This document shows, one piece after another, positions 11,110 through 22,374 of a DNA stretch of 64,000 nt. Source of the DNA: Candidatus Bathyarchaeota archaeon (GTDB lineage: Archaea; Thermoproteota; Bathyarchaeia; Bathyarchaeales; DTEX01); assembly GCA_963714275.1 (NCBI GenBank), contig CAVQNT010000006.1, positions 448,001 through 512,000 of the forward strand, written 5' to 3'. A model generated the notes under the pieces. The model searched no databases and was not told the origin of the DNA. It saw only the letters and a list, made by a program, of their open reading frames with translations. The number at the start of each line of letters is the position of its first letter. The first letter of the stretch is position 1. Both the position numbers and the translations under genes were made by a program.

Positions 11110-12400
11110 CTATGTGAGCCAAGGCGGAATCTTCTGTCCGACCAAAAGCGTTTCCAACGATTCTCTTTCCCTTACCAAGGCACATTTTCCGTCTTTAACT
11201 AAGACTTCGGTGCATCTTGGCCTTGAATTATACTGGGAGCTCATTGAAAACCCGTAAGCCCCAGCGTTTAAGACAGCCAGCAAGTCGCCTTCTTCGATTC
11301 TGGGGAGTTTTCTGTCGCGAGCTAAAAAGTCTCCTGACTCGCACAAGGGTCCAGCTACATCGTATGTTTCTGTTTCAGGTTCATTCAGCTTGTTCGCCAC
11401 AATTATTGGGTGGTATGAACCATACATTGCTGGTCGGATGAGCGTGTTGAAGCCTGCGTCTACTCCTACAAACTTTTTGTAAGGCGTAACCTTAACGGTG
11501 TTTACAGACTGTTAACAGAACCACAGCGTCACAGATTATGTAACGTCCAGGCTCAATGTAGAACCAAGGTTCACCCAATCTATATTCTCTGGTTTTTTCC
11601 TTGAAAAGGTTTAGAACCTTCTCGGCAAACTCGTCTATGTCCAATGGCTTCTCTTCTGGTTTGTAGGGTACTCCGATACCTCCTCCGACGTCGATGAACT
11701 CGAACTCTATGCCTGTTTCCCCATGAACTTGGTCAGCTATCTTCAGAAGCTTCTCTAAGGCCAGCAGAATAGGCTCAACACGTAAAAATCCGGAGCCTAT
11801 GTGCATGTGGATGCCAAACTTTTTTGCACCTGCTTTCTTGGCAATTTTGTAGGCGTCAACAACATCGTTTTCACAGATTCCGAACTTCGAGTCTTTTCCA
11901 CCAGTAACAACATGTTCATGGTGTCCAGCGCCAACCTCAGGGTTCACTCTTATGGACAACAAAGAAGGCGCAGAAAATTTTAGTAATCTCCTTAATTGTG
12001 AAAGTGAGTCGACATTGATTGTTGCACCTGATTCTGCGATGAATTTTCACTCATCATTCCTTACGTTTGTACCTGTAAACAGTATTTTCTTAGGTGGAAA
12101 GCCAGCTTTTAATGCGAGGAAAACCTCACCGGGACTAACAGCGTCTAACCAAGCGTCTTCAGTCTGAAGAATCTTTAAGACCGAAAGGTTCGTGTTTGCC
12201 TTGGCAGAGAAGAAAATCCTAATTTTATCGTAGTGTTTGGTTAAGGCTTCCTTGACACGACAGAAGTTATTCCTGATTCTGCGTTCGCTCATGACATACA
12301 AAGGTGTATCGAACTCTTTGGCCAGCCTAGAAGCTGACACGCCATCAATGTAGAGGACTCCGTTCTTGTTTTCGAATTCTTCGTTTGCAATTGTCGCCAT
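11110..12400 (-). CDS. lysA: Diaminopimelate decarboxylase (several frameshifts)
   Basis: [64 protein letters not shown]. Confidence 0.92.
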
Positions 12401-12439
12401 AAGTTATGCCAGCTTTCCATTAATTGCTGTAGATTTTTA

Positions 12440-13494
12440 TCAAAGGATTTTTCTGGCTGCCATGAGACTCAGCGCTTAGTATGCCTGCTCCTGCTGCGCC
12501 TCTGATTGTGTTGTGCCCCAGACAAAGATACTTTGCAGTCATGATCGAGTCGCTTCTGACACGCCCAACCACGATGCTCATACCTTTACCTGCGTCACGG
12601 TCGAAACGTGGCTGAGGCCTGTCAACCTCTTCTCTGACAATTATTGGTCTTTCAGGCGCTGTTGGCAGCTTCAGTTTTTGTGGTTCTCCCGCGAAGTTTC
12701 GGAAGGCTTTCTTGATTTCGTCTATGCTCGGTTTCTGTTCCAGCTCCACGTACACTGCTTCCAGGTGACCATCCTTCACGTCCACACGGTTGCAGACTAG
12801 CGCTTATGGTCATGTTTGCAGGCTGAACCTGTTTGCCGTCAAACGTTCCCAAGAGTTTTCTGGTTTCGCTTTCCATCTTTTCTTCTTCGCCCGAAATGTA
12901 CGGAACCACGTTGTCCACAATGTCAAGCGAAGGCACACCTGGATACCCGGCGCCGCTTAAAGCCTGCATCGTCGAAACAATAAGTCTTTTCACGCCAAAA
13001 CCTGTCAGAGCCTTTAGCGTAATTGCGAGCTGAATTGTGCTGCAGTTCGGGTCAGTAGAGATGAAGCCGTTCCAGCCTCGGTTTTTCTTCTGAATTGGAA
13101 TCAAACCCAAATGCCCGGGATTTACCTCGGGAATTAATAGTGGAACGTCGGTTTCCATTCTGTGTGCGCTGGCTTTGCTGACCACTGGGTACTCGGTTGC
13201 GAACTCTGTTTCCACGGGTCCAGCTATGTTTCCTGGCAGCGCGGAAAAGACGAAGTCTATATCGCCTGCTTCCTTGACTTCTTTCAAGACTGTGTTGACT
13301 ACTGGCATTTCGCCTATTCCTTTAGGCATCTCCGATTCCAGCCGCCATTTGCAGGCTTCTCTGTATTTTTTGCCTGCTGACCTTTCTGATGCAGCAAGCA
13401 CGGCTATGTCAAACCATGGGTGTCCTTGGAGGAGCTCTATGAACCTTTGTCCAACTGCTCCTGTGGCTCCCAATATTGCGACTTTACGGTTCAA
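12440..13494 (-). CDS. asd: Aspartate-semialdehyde dehydrogenase (frameshifts)
   Basis: GATGAVGQ, PNCST, QALSGAG, HNTIRGAAG. Confidence 0.93.
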
Positions 13495-14664
13495 ATTACG
13501 TCCCTCACAACCTTTAAAGCGTCCTCAATAACTTTTTCGTCAACGAATATGCTTATTGTGGCTTTACTACTCGTGACTTCAATTATATTAATGTTCTTTG
13601 ACGCCAAAGCCCCCGAAACCTTGGCAACCGAACCCGGCGAATCAATAAAAGATGGGTGAGTAGAGCTCAATCAGTCCAACGTTGGCTCTTAAACTCAGGG
13701 CTTTACACACATCAAGACCGTGCAGCTCGTTAACAAGCGTTTTCGGGTCCTCAGACGAAGTGAACACTGTAAGTGAGGCTTTCCCTGTGCTGATTCCGTA
13801 GATAGGCTTGTTCCCAAACGCAGCGAGAATCTTGCTTACATTCACTGGCTTGATGTTGCATATGATGCTGATGGCTGAGAGCCCTCTTTTCTCGTCGATT
13901 TCGCAAGAGTTAGAAGTAAAGACGCCAGAAATTTCCGTTCCGCCAGACAAATTTCCGTTCAAATAGTTCACGACCCTCAGCGTCTGGTCTGGACGTTTAT
14001 ACTTGAGCGCCTCAGCCTTAATGATTTTTGCGCCTCCGTGAGAAAGGGCAAACATCTCATGGATGGTCAGGTTTCTTAGCAGTTTTGCTTCCTGAACAAC
14101 TTTGGGGTCCGCAGACATGACGCCTTCGGTTTCTTTAACCATCACAACCTCGTCGGCTTTAAGGCAGTTTCCAAGCACCATAGCTGTCGTGTCGCTTCCT
14201 CCTCTCCCGAGAGTTGTAACATTGCCATTCTTATCTCGACCGAGAAAGCCACAGAATACCACAATTTTTGTGCCAAGAAGAGGTTCCACAAACCGTCTGA
14301 CAAGTTCACATGTCTTGCCCATGTTCGGTAAGGCGTCTTTAAAATTCGAATCCGTGATTATAGGCCAACTTTCTTGGCTCGGATCAAAGTATTCGGCTTG
14401 GGCGCCCATTGATCGTAATGCTGAACAGAAGATTCGGGCACTCGTCCTTTCGCCCATAGACACAATTTCAGCGTAGTCCTTGGCGTCTGAGCTGCCTACT
14501 TCAAAAATGGTTTTTGTCAGGCTGTCTGTGGCTCCAGCCATCGCTGAAACTACGACGACGATTTCGCGGTATCCTGACTCGAGAATCATCCTCGCTGCCT
14601 TTCGGATTTTTTCTCCAGTCGCAAGGTCCGCTCCGCCGAACTTGATGACAGCTCTACCAGCCAT
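13491..14664 (-). CDS. lysC: Aspartate kinase (frameshift in the ACT region)
   Basis: VIKFGG, VVSAMAGATD, TLGRGGSDTTA, GVMSADPK, then a C-terminal ACT domain in the shifted frame. Confidence 0.9.
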
Positions 14665-14705
14665 AACTCATTGATGTCTCCTTTTTGTGCGAAGATAAAG
14701 GCATT

Positions 14706-15494
14706 TTAGCCTAACACGTCGTCCATGCTATAGATTCCCGGTTTCGTTTGTTTACAGATCCATTCTGCAGCGAAAAGTGCTCCCTGCGCGAAGACACTTC
14801 GTGAAAAAGCCGTGTGTTCGATGCGGATCATCTCGTATGGACCAGCCACTAACAGATCGTGGATTCCCGCTACTCCGCCAGCCCTAACTGAAAGAATCTC
14901 TAGTTCCCCAGGTTTCCTCGGGTTGATGCCTTCTCTTCCGTAAACCGTGGTTGAGTATTTTCGGGCTTCGGAGACAAGCGTGCCCAGTTTCTTGGCTGTT
15001 CCGCTCGGTGCATCCTTTTTCCCTGTGTGGTGAACCTCAGTTATGCTGAAGTCGTAGTCTGCTGGCAGACGTGTCAAGGCTTTTGTGAGATTGAACATGA
15101 TGTTGACTCCAATGGCGTAATTTGGCGAAATGACTGCAGGAACCTTTTGGGAAACTGCTTCCCTGATTTTTCCCATTTGCTCGTCCGTTAAACCCGTTGT
15201 TCCCATCACTATCCTCTTGCCTAAATTGGCGACGACTGGGAGGTTTGCTGCCTCAGCCTCCGGTGTGGTGAAAGATAGGTAGACATCGGCTTCTTTCACA
15301 GCCTTCTCCATGTTAGAAGGATCAACGATTTTAATGTCTGAATCGCATATTCCGATTTCTCGTAAAGTCTTGCCGATGTTTGGGTTACCTCTTGCCTCGA
15401 TTGCTCCGACGATGGCGAATCCTCGGGCTACTGCTTCCTTGATGAGGGTGCTTCCCATCCTGCCAGTTGCGCCTGCAACGCATATTTTAGTCAT
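14706..15494 (-). CDS. dapB: 4-hydroxy-tetrahydrodipicolinate reductase
   Basis: GATGRMG, GTTG, EVHHTGKKDAPSGTA. Confidence 0.95.
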   Translation of the reverse strand: MTKICVAGATGRMGSTLIKEAVARGFAIVGAIEARGNPNIGKTLREIGICDSDIKIVDPSNMEKAVKEADVYLSFTTPEAEAANLPVVANLGKRIVMGTTGLTDEQMGKIREAVSQKVPAVISPNYAIGVNIMFNLTKALTRLPADYDFSITEVHHTGKKDAPSGTAKKLGTLVSEARKYSTTVYGREGINPRKPGELEILSVRAGGVAGIHDLLVAGPYEMIRIEHTAFSRSVFAQGALFAAEWICKQTKPGIYSMDDVLG

Positions 15495-16536
15495 AAGACA
15501 ACCCTTTCAAGAATCTTTCCTTGTAAAGCCTTTTGCTCAAGTCGACATCGAAGAAGGATTCAACGGGATCCAGTATTTCAGGAGTCTTCTCATACACGGA
15601 CCTTGCGACATTAAGAACCGCCTGCAATCCCTTTTTAGTCATTTTTCCCAACGGCTGCCTTGAAGAACCAGAGGGCATACCGAGAACGTTCATTAGGGTC
15701 TTGTATGGAAGCGGGTTTCTTGCTTTGCACGCGATTGTACCATAAGGCGTGTCTTCATCCGTTTTTACTGTGACCATTCCGAAAAGTGGCTTAAGAGCCT
15801 CGTACAGCTTTTGGTAATTCGAGGAGTCTCTTTTCAGTATTGCTTGGACAAACTGTTGAATTGGTCCTGGCGCAACGTTTGACGCGACTGAAATGACGCC
15901 GCTTGCTGCAATCTGCGGGTCCATCATCATGTCAAATGTCTTATCGTCGTCCCCGGAGAGGATGTCAAAGTCTGGTCCACATAGACGGCGCGTCAACCTC
16001 ATGTTGTCAAGGTTGCCCGTTGCTTCTTTGACGGCTCTAAGGGTTTTGAACTGAGAATGGAGAATCGCCAGATCTTGTGGGAGAAGCTGGGTTCCAGTCC
16101 TGCCCGGAATCACGTATGGGATGATTTGGATTTCGGGGAACTTTCGAGCCACGGGTTCAACGTATTCTCTTCTTATTTCCATTGAGCTCGGACCGTTGTA
16201 GTAGGGGTCAACGAGCAGTATGCAGTTTATCCCGTGTTCGGAGACTTCGTGGGTGGCTTCCAAGGTTTCTTCAGTGTTGTTGCTTCCTGTTCCGCCGATG
16301 GTTAGGCATTTGCCATTGACATCGTCAAAAACTTTCTCGATGACTTTGAGGTGCTCGTTCCAGGTGAGGGTTGGGCTTTCACCCGTCGTTCCTACGGCTA
16401 GTATGCCGCTTATGTCTTGTTTCACTTGGAAATCGACTAAACTTTTTAGTCCTTCATAATCAACTTTTCCACTTTTCTTCAAGGGCGTTATTGACGCAGT
16501 GTAGCATCCACTGAACTTACGCATCCTAATTATCAC
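15487..16536 (-). CDS. dapA: 4-hydroxy-tetrahydrodipicolinate synthase
   Basis: GTTGESPTL, PYYN, IPGRTG, AVKEATG, LSGDD. Confidence 0.95.
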   Translation of the reverse strand: MIIRMRKFSGCYTASITPLKKSGKVDYEGLKSLVDFQVKQDISGILAVGTTGESPTLTWNEHLKVIEKVFDDVNGKCLTIGGTGSNNTEETLEATHEVSEHGINCILLVDPYYNGPSSMEIRREYVEPVARKFPEIQIIPYVIPGRTGTQLLPQDLAILHSQFKTLRAVKEATGNLDNMRLTRRLCGPDFDILSGDDDKTFDMMMDPQIAASGVISVASNVAPGPIQQFVQAILKRDSSNYQKLYEALKPLFGMVTVKTDEDTPYGTIACKARNPLPYKTLMNVLGMPSGSSRQPLGKMTKKGLQAVLNVARSVYEKTPEILDPVESFFDVDLSKRLYKERFLKGLSYD

Positions 16537-16587
16537 CTAATAACGCATTTTTTTCAATGTGCTATATTTATGTTTTTCGTTTTTTGA

Positions 16588-16602
16588 TTCCGATTTTCGT
16601 AA
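16588..16602. promoter_or_regulatory. Putative Lrp/LysM operator upstream of the dapA promoter
   Basis: TTCCG-ATTTT-CGTAA semi-palindrome just upstream of a minus-strand BRE/TATA (CGAAAAA..TAAATATA, 16563-16579). Confidence 0.6.
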
Positions 16603-16778
16603 AATATAATTTTTATACTTTATTTATGATTTATATTGTTGAGCATCTCCTGAGTCAAGCTGTTACCGCGTTTGTTTCAATATTTATGTTGTAAACTGAT
16701 TCGGGGTTCGAACCCCTTGTTCATCTAACCATTAAGAATCAAACGAAGTTAACTAGCTGACTAAATGGCTCATGTTGG

Positions 16779-16793
16779 TTACGATTTTCGCAA
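16779..16793. promoter_or_regulatory. Second putative Lrp/LysM operator at the regulator's own promoter
   Basis: TTACG-ATTTT-CGCAA, 13/15 identical to the first site, directly before a TATAT box at about 16800. Confidence 0.6.
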
Positions 16794-16827
16794 AAGGCAT
16801 ATATTTTTCGAATTCTAAATAAGTGTC

Positions 16828-17220
16828 ATGGATGATGTGGACCTTGAAATTCTGAAGATTCTGAAAAGAGACGCCAGAACAAAATACGTTAAAGTGGCGA
16901 AACTGGTCGGCTTGACAGAGGGCGCAGTTAGAAGGCGGATAAAGAAGCTCGTCAAGCAAGGCATTATTAAAGGATTTACTGTTGAAACAATGGCGGAGTT
17001 CGAAGGCATAGTCCTTGTGGAGACAAGCCCAAGTGGGACAAAAGAAGTCATAAAAAATATCGGCAAGATAGCCTCAAGGGTCTTTGAGGTTTCAGGAGAC
17101 TACGATATCGCAGCCTTGATCCAAGCGTACACTATGGATGACTTGAACAGAAAAATTGACGGGATAAGGAAACTTGTTGGAGTGAAAAACACAAATACTC
17201 TGGTTAAGCTCACTGGCTAA
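16828..17220 (+). CDS. Lrp/AsnC-family regulator (LysM-like)
   Basis: MDDVDLEILKIL..DAR..AKLVGLTEGAVRRRIKKL and EVSGDYD. Divergent from the lysine genes. Confidence 0.88.
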   Translation: MDDVDLEILKILKRDARTKYVKVAKLVGLTEGAVRRRIKKLVKQGIIKGFTVETMAEFEGIVLVETSPSGTKEVIKNIGKIASRVFEVSGDYDIAALIQAYTMDDLNRKIDGIRKLVGVKNTNTLVKLTG

Positions 17221-17263
17221 ACCTGATGCTCTAGGTTATAATTTCGGGTAAGTAGAAATAACC

Positions 17264-18148
17264 TCAAATGGCTTCAAGGGCTTTGTACATTTTTTCGTAG
17301 GCAATGCCAAAGTCGCTATCCTTCGTTAACGATGTCTGGGTGTCCGCATAGAACTGCAGGAAGCCTTTAAGGTCTCCTTCTTTGACGTGCCGTTTGAGTG
17401 TCTCAGCGTTCGAAATGAATTTTTCGAGGATTTGCGCCGAAAATTTATTGTCCATCTGGATTGATGCATACAACGACGGGTCTTCGGTCATCACTCCTTC
17501 GCTCAAAATCAACTGCAACGCGAATGTTGTGCCACCAAGTTTCTTCAGGATGTTAAGGTCCTCTTGCCCAATCACAGAAGCGAAAATTATGTTCAAGAAA
17601 TGTGGAAGCGAAAGCGCCGCAGCCATGGCTTTGTCGTGTTCCTCAACGTCGACAACGACCAGTTCCACGTTCGGAAACAATGTCTTCGCCACCCTAAACT
17701 CCGAGGATGGGTCTGACACTGGAACAAGCGCGATTTTTTCTCCAGCAGTTTTCGTGACGCCGGGTCCAAAAAGAGGATGAATCGAGACTGTTCTTGTTCC
17801 TTGAGCTGCCACTTTTTCTAGGACAGGGAAAACTTGGGATTTAAGCGACGAAATCTCCACGATTGTGGCGGAACTTTTAATTTTGGATGAAATTTCCTTT
17901 AAAACTTTTGGGGTAATATCAATGGGAGTCGAAAGTACGATTATCTCAGCGTCTTTCGCAGCTTCGACGTTGTTCTGTGCGAGTCTAGCGCCTGTGTACT
18001 GGGCTATGGTTTTCGCTTCCTCGCGTCTTGTGTCCGAAATCGTGACATCGTGTCCACTTTTAATGAAATAGTTTACGAGCCACTTTCCCATTCTGCCTGC
18101 TCCGCCAATAATGGCTACTTTCATTCGGTTGTCCTCCAAAACATGCAT
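17264..18148 (-). CDS. tyrA: Prephenate dehydrogenase
   Basis: IIGGAGRMG, SSLK, SIHPLFGP, EEHDKAMA...LPH. Confidence 0.88.
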   Translation of the reverse strand: MHVLEDNRMKVAIIGGAGRMGKWLVNYFIKSGHDVTISDTRREEAKTIAQYTGARLAQNNVEAAKDAEIIVLSTPIDITPKVLKEISSKIKSSATIVEISSLKSQVFPVLEKVAAQGTRTVSIHPLFGPGVTKTAGEKIALVPVSDPSSEFRVAKTLFPNVELVVVDVEEHDKAMAAALSLPHFLNIIFASVIGQEDLNILKKLGGTTFALQLILSEGVMTEDPSLYASIQMDNKFSAQILEKFISNAETLKRHVKEGDLKGFLQFYADTQTSLTKDSDFGIAYEKMYKALEAI

Positions 18149-18154
18149 TTTCTT

Positions 18155-18481
18155 CTAACGTTGCGTCTTTATTGTGTCTCTCTGGACCTGCTTGGACTCT
18201 TCGAGGAGAAGCTGCAAAATCTTCAAACAAAAACCTTCGTCCAAATTGTGCTTTTTGCATTGCCCCAAAACCTTTGCCCCTAGTTTCTGTTCAATTTTCG
18301 CATTCTTAACGGGAATTCCTTCGCTGGCTTTGATTTCTCCAATCTGCTTAGCTAGCTGAAGGCGTTCTCCGCATAAGTCGAAAATTTCCAGCGTGACCCT
18401 TTCAATGCGTTTCCGCAATTCATCCAAACTATCGGTTTTCTCACTCAAAGACAATCCCACGGAAAGTCCAGAAGCTTCCAA
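18155..18481 (-). CDS. Chorismate mutase (AroQ type)
   Basis: LDELRKRI...ER..LAKQIGEIK...ESKQVQ, adjacent to tyrA. Confidence 0.8.
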   Translation of the reverse strand: MEASGLSVGLSLSEKTDSLDELRKRIERVTLEIFDLCGERLQLAKQIGEIKASEGIPVKNAKIEQKLGAKVLGQCKKHNLDEGFCLKILQLLLEESKQVQRDTIKTQR

Positions 18482-18534
18482 AATAATATGCAGGCTTCAG
18501 TTTATAAGAATGAAACTATTGTTTAAGGCGAGGG

Positions 18535-19220
18535 TCATTCTTTTTTTGCTAGGAACCTGACGACGTCATTGATGTTGTCAATAATTGGGTAATCAGAGCT
18601 CTTGAACCTTTTCGATGTCTTGCCCATGACTGACGAAAACAAACTTTAATCCTGCTTGTTTTGCGCATTCAGCGTCTGACCAGTGGTCTCCGACAAAAAG
18701 TGTCTCCTGCGCCTTTACTCCCAAAAGCTTTAGCAGGTGAAACGCGTGTTCTGGATTCGGTTTTGGCTGGTCAACGTCGTCTCTGGCTGCGACGGTGTCA
18801 AAATATCGATTTAGACTAAACTTGGCAAGTATCTTATGCGTGTATTCGCGGCATCCTCTTGTCATGACTCCGAGCTTCAACCCTTGCTCTTTGAGAACAT
18901 ACAACGTTTGTGGCACGCCCTCAATTACTGTTGCGTTCTCTGTTGATTGCAGTTCAACCTCGTTCATTATGTTCGACACTTGAGCGAGAACATCCGAAAC
19001 CCGATTCTCAGAGAAACCTTTCTGCTGAAGGCAGTCTAACAGCCAAATTTATGATCTCGGTGCTCAGCATGTCTTCGTTCAACAGCCTTTCCTTCACTCC
19101 GTTGGCTTGAAGAAACGTTATGACCTTCCTTTTCATCTCCTTAAATGGAATAGCGGAATTTATCAAAGTCCCATCCAAATCGAAGATAACAGCCTTTAAA
19201 GGAAGACTCAACCCAAACAC
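18535..19220 (-). CDS. HAD-family phosphatase (frameshifts)
   Basis: IFDLDGTL, KPNP, FVGD...D..CAKQAG. Confidence 0.85.
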
Positions 19221-19242
19221 GCCAAATTTAACAAGAAACCTT

Positions 19243-19617
19243 CTACACTAATATCATATAGAGCTGAGCTAGCTGTTTAAGCTGGTTTACGCGTCTTTCA
19301 ATTATTGCCTGTAGTGTTTTCCTCAACTCTTCACTGTGAGTTGACTTGTCAATTTTGCTTATTCTGTCTGCGAGATGAGTGTCACCTAGAGTCCCTTTAA
19401 TCCATTTCGCAAAATCTTCGCGACCGAAATGAAATTCGATCGCCTTTATTGATGTTTTCTTCAGTTTTTCAAGGAAACTTTCCAGCGATGATGCCATTTC
19501 GCCTGTATACTGTCCGACATCTGTGAAGAATAGAAAAGATTCAGGCATAGGAACGGTTCTAAGAATTCTTAAGGCGAACTCTTGATATACTTCGCTTTGA
19601 GTTCTTTTCTTAACCAA
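19243..19617 (-). CDS. DUF5752-like protein
   Basis: FLFFTDVGQYTG..ASSL...IEFH..REDFAKWI...LGD..LA pattern. Confidence 0.65.
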   Translation of the reverse strand: MVKKRTQSEVYQEFALRILRTVPMPESFLFFTDVGQYTGEMASSLESFLEKLKKTSIKAIEFHFGREDFAKWIKGTLGDTHLADRISKIDKSTHSEELRKTLQAIIERRVNQLKQLAQLYMILV

Positions 19618-19935
19618 TATATTTACCTTCTAACCATGTTCAAGCACTATTCAGCTAGCTAGATATTAGCTTAACGATTCATTATATACTATACGCATAC
19701 TGTTTAATTAAATCGCTTTTATGTCAAATATACATGAGTTATTCTAAACTGAGCAAGATTCGCGTGTTTTTTTAGAGAGTAGAGAGTATACAACACATAA
19801 TAGAAGAGAAGAGAGAAAGATTAAATTTTAACCCCCCACACACACTTAGGACAGCTATCTATAAACCAAACAAAGGGGAATGTTACTTTTTTGAAGCACA
19901 ATAGTAAAGAAACAAAGGCTATGAGATTTCACCTA

Positions 19936-20368
19936 TTATCCTTTTAAGAGAGAACGCGCGTTTTCAATGAAAATAGAAGCTCTCTCTTCTGAAACACCAA
20001 TTGTTTTTGCTATTTCTCAGGACTAGAAGCTGCTAGTTCATTAACGTCCTTAATGCCTGCTTTCATTAGCTTCTCTGACAGCTTTGACCGATACCTTTCA
20101 CCTTAGCAAGGTCCAAAGTGGCCTCAGGGGTTGTGGCTTCAGCTTTTTGCTTTCTACCTTCTGGAAGGGTTTTTGTCGTGTCAATGCTTAGATATGTTTT
20201 GAGAGTTTTTACATTTTCGTCGTGTTTAGTTGATCTTCTAATGTCGATCGGTATTCCCATCTTTAATGCTTGTATAAAGCTTAAACCTTTTTCTTTCAAT
20301 TCCTCTCGGCTGAAACCTTTTCCTCTTTTTGATTTTCCTTTCCTCTTAACAATCGCCTGAATAGTCAT
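19936..20368 (-). CDS. rpl13e: Ribosomal protein L13e with a C-terminal helix-hairpin-helix extension (frameshifts)
   Basis: RGKGFSREEL...GIPIDIRRSTKHDENV, then DLAKVKGIG continuing in shifted frames as KLSEKLMKAGIKDVNELAA...IAKTIGVSEERA. Confidence 0.8.
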
Positions 20369-20471
20369 TATTCGTCATCAATAGATAATTATCAATACGC
20401 TCAAATTTAAGGTTTGATGGTCTAGAAAGATCCTTTTCAAGCGAGTGCCAAGACTAGCTAGCGCGCGCGAG

Positions 20472-21077
20472 CTAGCCTACTTTAAATGGCATTCTATATC
20501 CTTTCGCCACCAACCTTTTGTGGATGGAATTCTTCAAAGCGCCCAGTCCTTCTCCTGTCTTTGCGCTCACTGGGAATACATGCTCTCCAACAGCAAATGG
20601 ATAACCTTTGCCTATTTGATGTATGAACTCTTCAAGGTTAACCTCTAACTCCTTCTTATCCGCCTTATCTATCTTGTTAGCCGCAACTAAAGGAAACTCC
20701 CCTAAAATCTCTGTCAAAAACTGAACCATCTCCACGTCCACTGAGATAAACCCCTTCTTCTCCAAACGCCACGTTACCTCCGAGAACGTGGATATGTCTA
20801 AAACATGGACGGCTAAAACTATGTTCTGAGCATAGGACTCTAGGAACTTGATGATCTGATCATTTTTCTTATCCTCCAAACGTTTAGAAGCTCCCAGAAT
20901 CCTACCAAACCCTGGCATATCTACAAGCACCAAATCGCCACTCAATGGATATTTTGAAATCCGTCGCGTAGTTCCTGGTCGTTTACCGATTGCCACATCC
21001 AAGCCTACGACTTCTCTGATGATGCTACTCTTGCCCGCATTAGGCCTACCAGTGAAAATCAAATACCTCTCGTGCAT
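20472..21077 (-). CDS. engB: EngB/YihA-family GTP-binding protein
   Basis: GRPNAGKSS, RPGTT, DMPGFG, NKID, VSAK. Confidence 0.88.
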   Translation of the reverse strand: MHERYLIFTGRPNAGKSSIIREVVGLDVAIGKRPGTTRRISKYPLSGDLVLVDMPGFGRILGASKRLEDKKNDQIIKFLESYAQNIVLAVHVLDISTFSEVTWRLEKKGFISVDVEMVQFLTEILGEFPLVAANKIDKADKKELEVNLEEFIHQIGKGYPFAVGEHVFPVSAKTGEGLGALKNSIHKRLVAKGYRMPFKVG

Positions 21078-21314
21078 ACTTAATATTACATAAGATGCGG
21101 TATACTTGAATGTATTCTAACTGTTCCTCATATAAATTCCTAAATGACAAGAAATGCTATGATATCAGGCACTTCATCAGAGTCATACCCATAGTGTGCG
21201 GGTGAGAATCCAAGCAAATTGAACAGAAGCACAGCGATTCGAGCCGCTAGCTGAGCTATTTCAAAAATATGAGGACATCTGACAAATGCGCGTTACCTCC
21301 CATAAACATAGAAC

Positions 21315-21590
21315 CTATTTACCCTTAGATTTCTGAAGATTCTTATACTCGTCCTCAGTCAGAATGAACCACTTAGCATAGAAGTTAGGTTTAACCCATA
21401 CTCCAGCACCATAGAAGACCTTAAGATACCCCTTTAGGGTGTGCATGCCTAAACCAGATTCCAAAGCATACACAGACATCAACTTATACTCATTCATGCT
21501 TTTACGGTTCTTTTCAATAAAACTCTTGAAATCCTCAAGCCTCTGCCGTCGCCCTTTGATAGCAGGTACGTCATGCGTAACCTCAGCCAT
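21315..21590 (-). CDS. Hypothetical protein (possible HTH)
   Basis: 91-aa ORF with a strong SD (AAGGAGG) upstream. Confidence 0.55.
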   Translation of the reverse strand: MAEVTHDVPAIKGRRQRLEDFKSFIEKNRKSMNEYKLMSVYALESGLGMHTLKGYLKVFYGAGVWVKPNFYAKWFILTEDEYKNLQKSKGK

Positions 21591-21841
21591 TCCATTTAAA
21601 CCTCCTTAAACAAGATATACACATAAACATATGAAACCTTTTTATCTATAGGGGTACTCTCGCTCTATATTATATAATTAAGGGTTCACTCTGGACAAAT
21701 TATTTAATCTCAGATGATAAGACTTAGAATTAATAACCTAAACCCTAGACACCAAGAACATTAAGCAAAGAACCTAAAGGATAGCTGAGCTAGCGTGCGT
21801 GTGCGTGTGGGTTTTTAATACGAAGAGTAAGAGTAAGGATT

Positions 21842-22032
21842 TGGGTTTGGGGGTTAAAATTTAACACTTACTATGGTTTTACTTGTTCTTGTTCAGCTTT
21901 TCTCCTTACTAGATCTAGAGAAATTCTCTTATTCTTTAGACTCTTCGTTAACCAACTTCTTTTCTTCCATCTTTTAAGAGCCCTTTCCCTTCTTTTTCTT
22001 TCCTTTGCTGATTTCTTCATTTTTCTTTTCTC
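21842..22032 (+). repeat. 191-bp inverted repeat, left copy
   Basis: By-eye alignment: identical to the reverse complement of 27070-27260. Confidence 0.93.
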
Positions 22033-22188
22033 CTTTCTATTACTCTATATATTACCCCCTTCACGAACGCCCATATGTGTGACTCATACAAAAAACCTAA
22101 ACGATAATGTAAATGCTTAAGCTTCTTTCTGTGATAGTATTCAGCGAACCACCAAATCCATCCACATATTTGCCAAGAATTGCTTAAA

Positions 22189-22374
22189 CTATTGTCTCGT
22201 CATAACGACTTCTTCTTTAAGAGTCTTCCTTTCTTTTTGCCATAGTTCCCCTTTTAACAGGTCTAGGACGGCGAATCGGATAGCCGCACTCCTAGATGAG
22301 TATATGCCCTTCCCAATCAGCTCATTCAGCCCCTCCAAGCAGGCTTCGGGCAACAAGAACGTCACCAACTCCAA
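22189..22374 (-). CDS. CopG/RHH regulator
   Basis: LVTFLLPEACLEGLNELIGKGIYSSRSAAIRFAVLDLL. Confidence 0.8.
   Translation of the reverse strand: MELVTFLLPEACLEGLNELIGKGIYSSRSAAIRFAVLDLLKGELWQKERKTLKEEVVMTRQ

Noticed and set aside
16703-16716. GGGGTTCGAACCCC resembling a tRNA T-arm
   Set aside because: No acceptor, D or anticodon arms on either strand. It is only a 14-bp palindrome.
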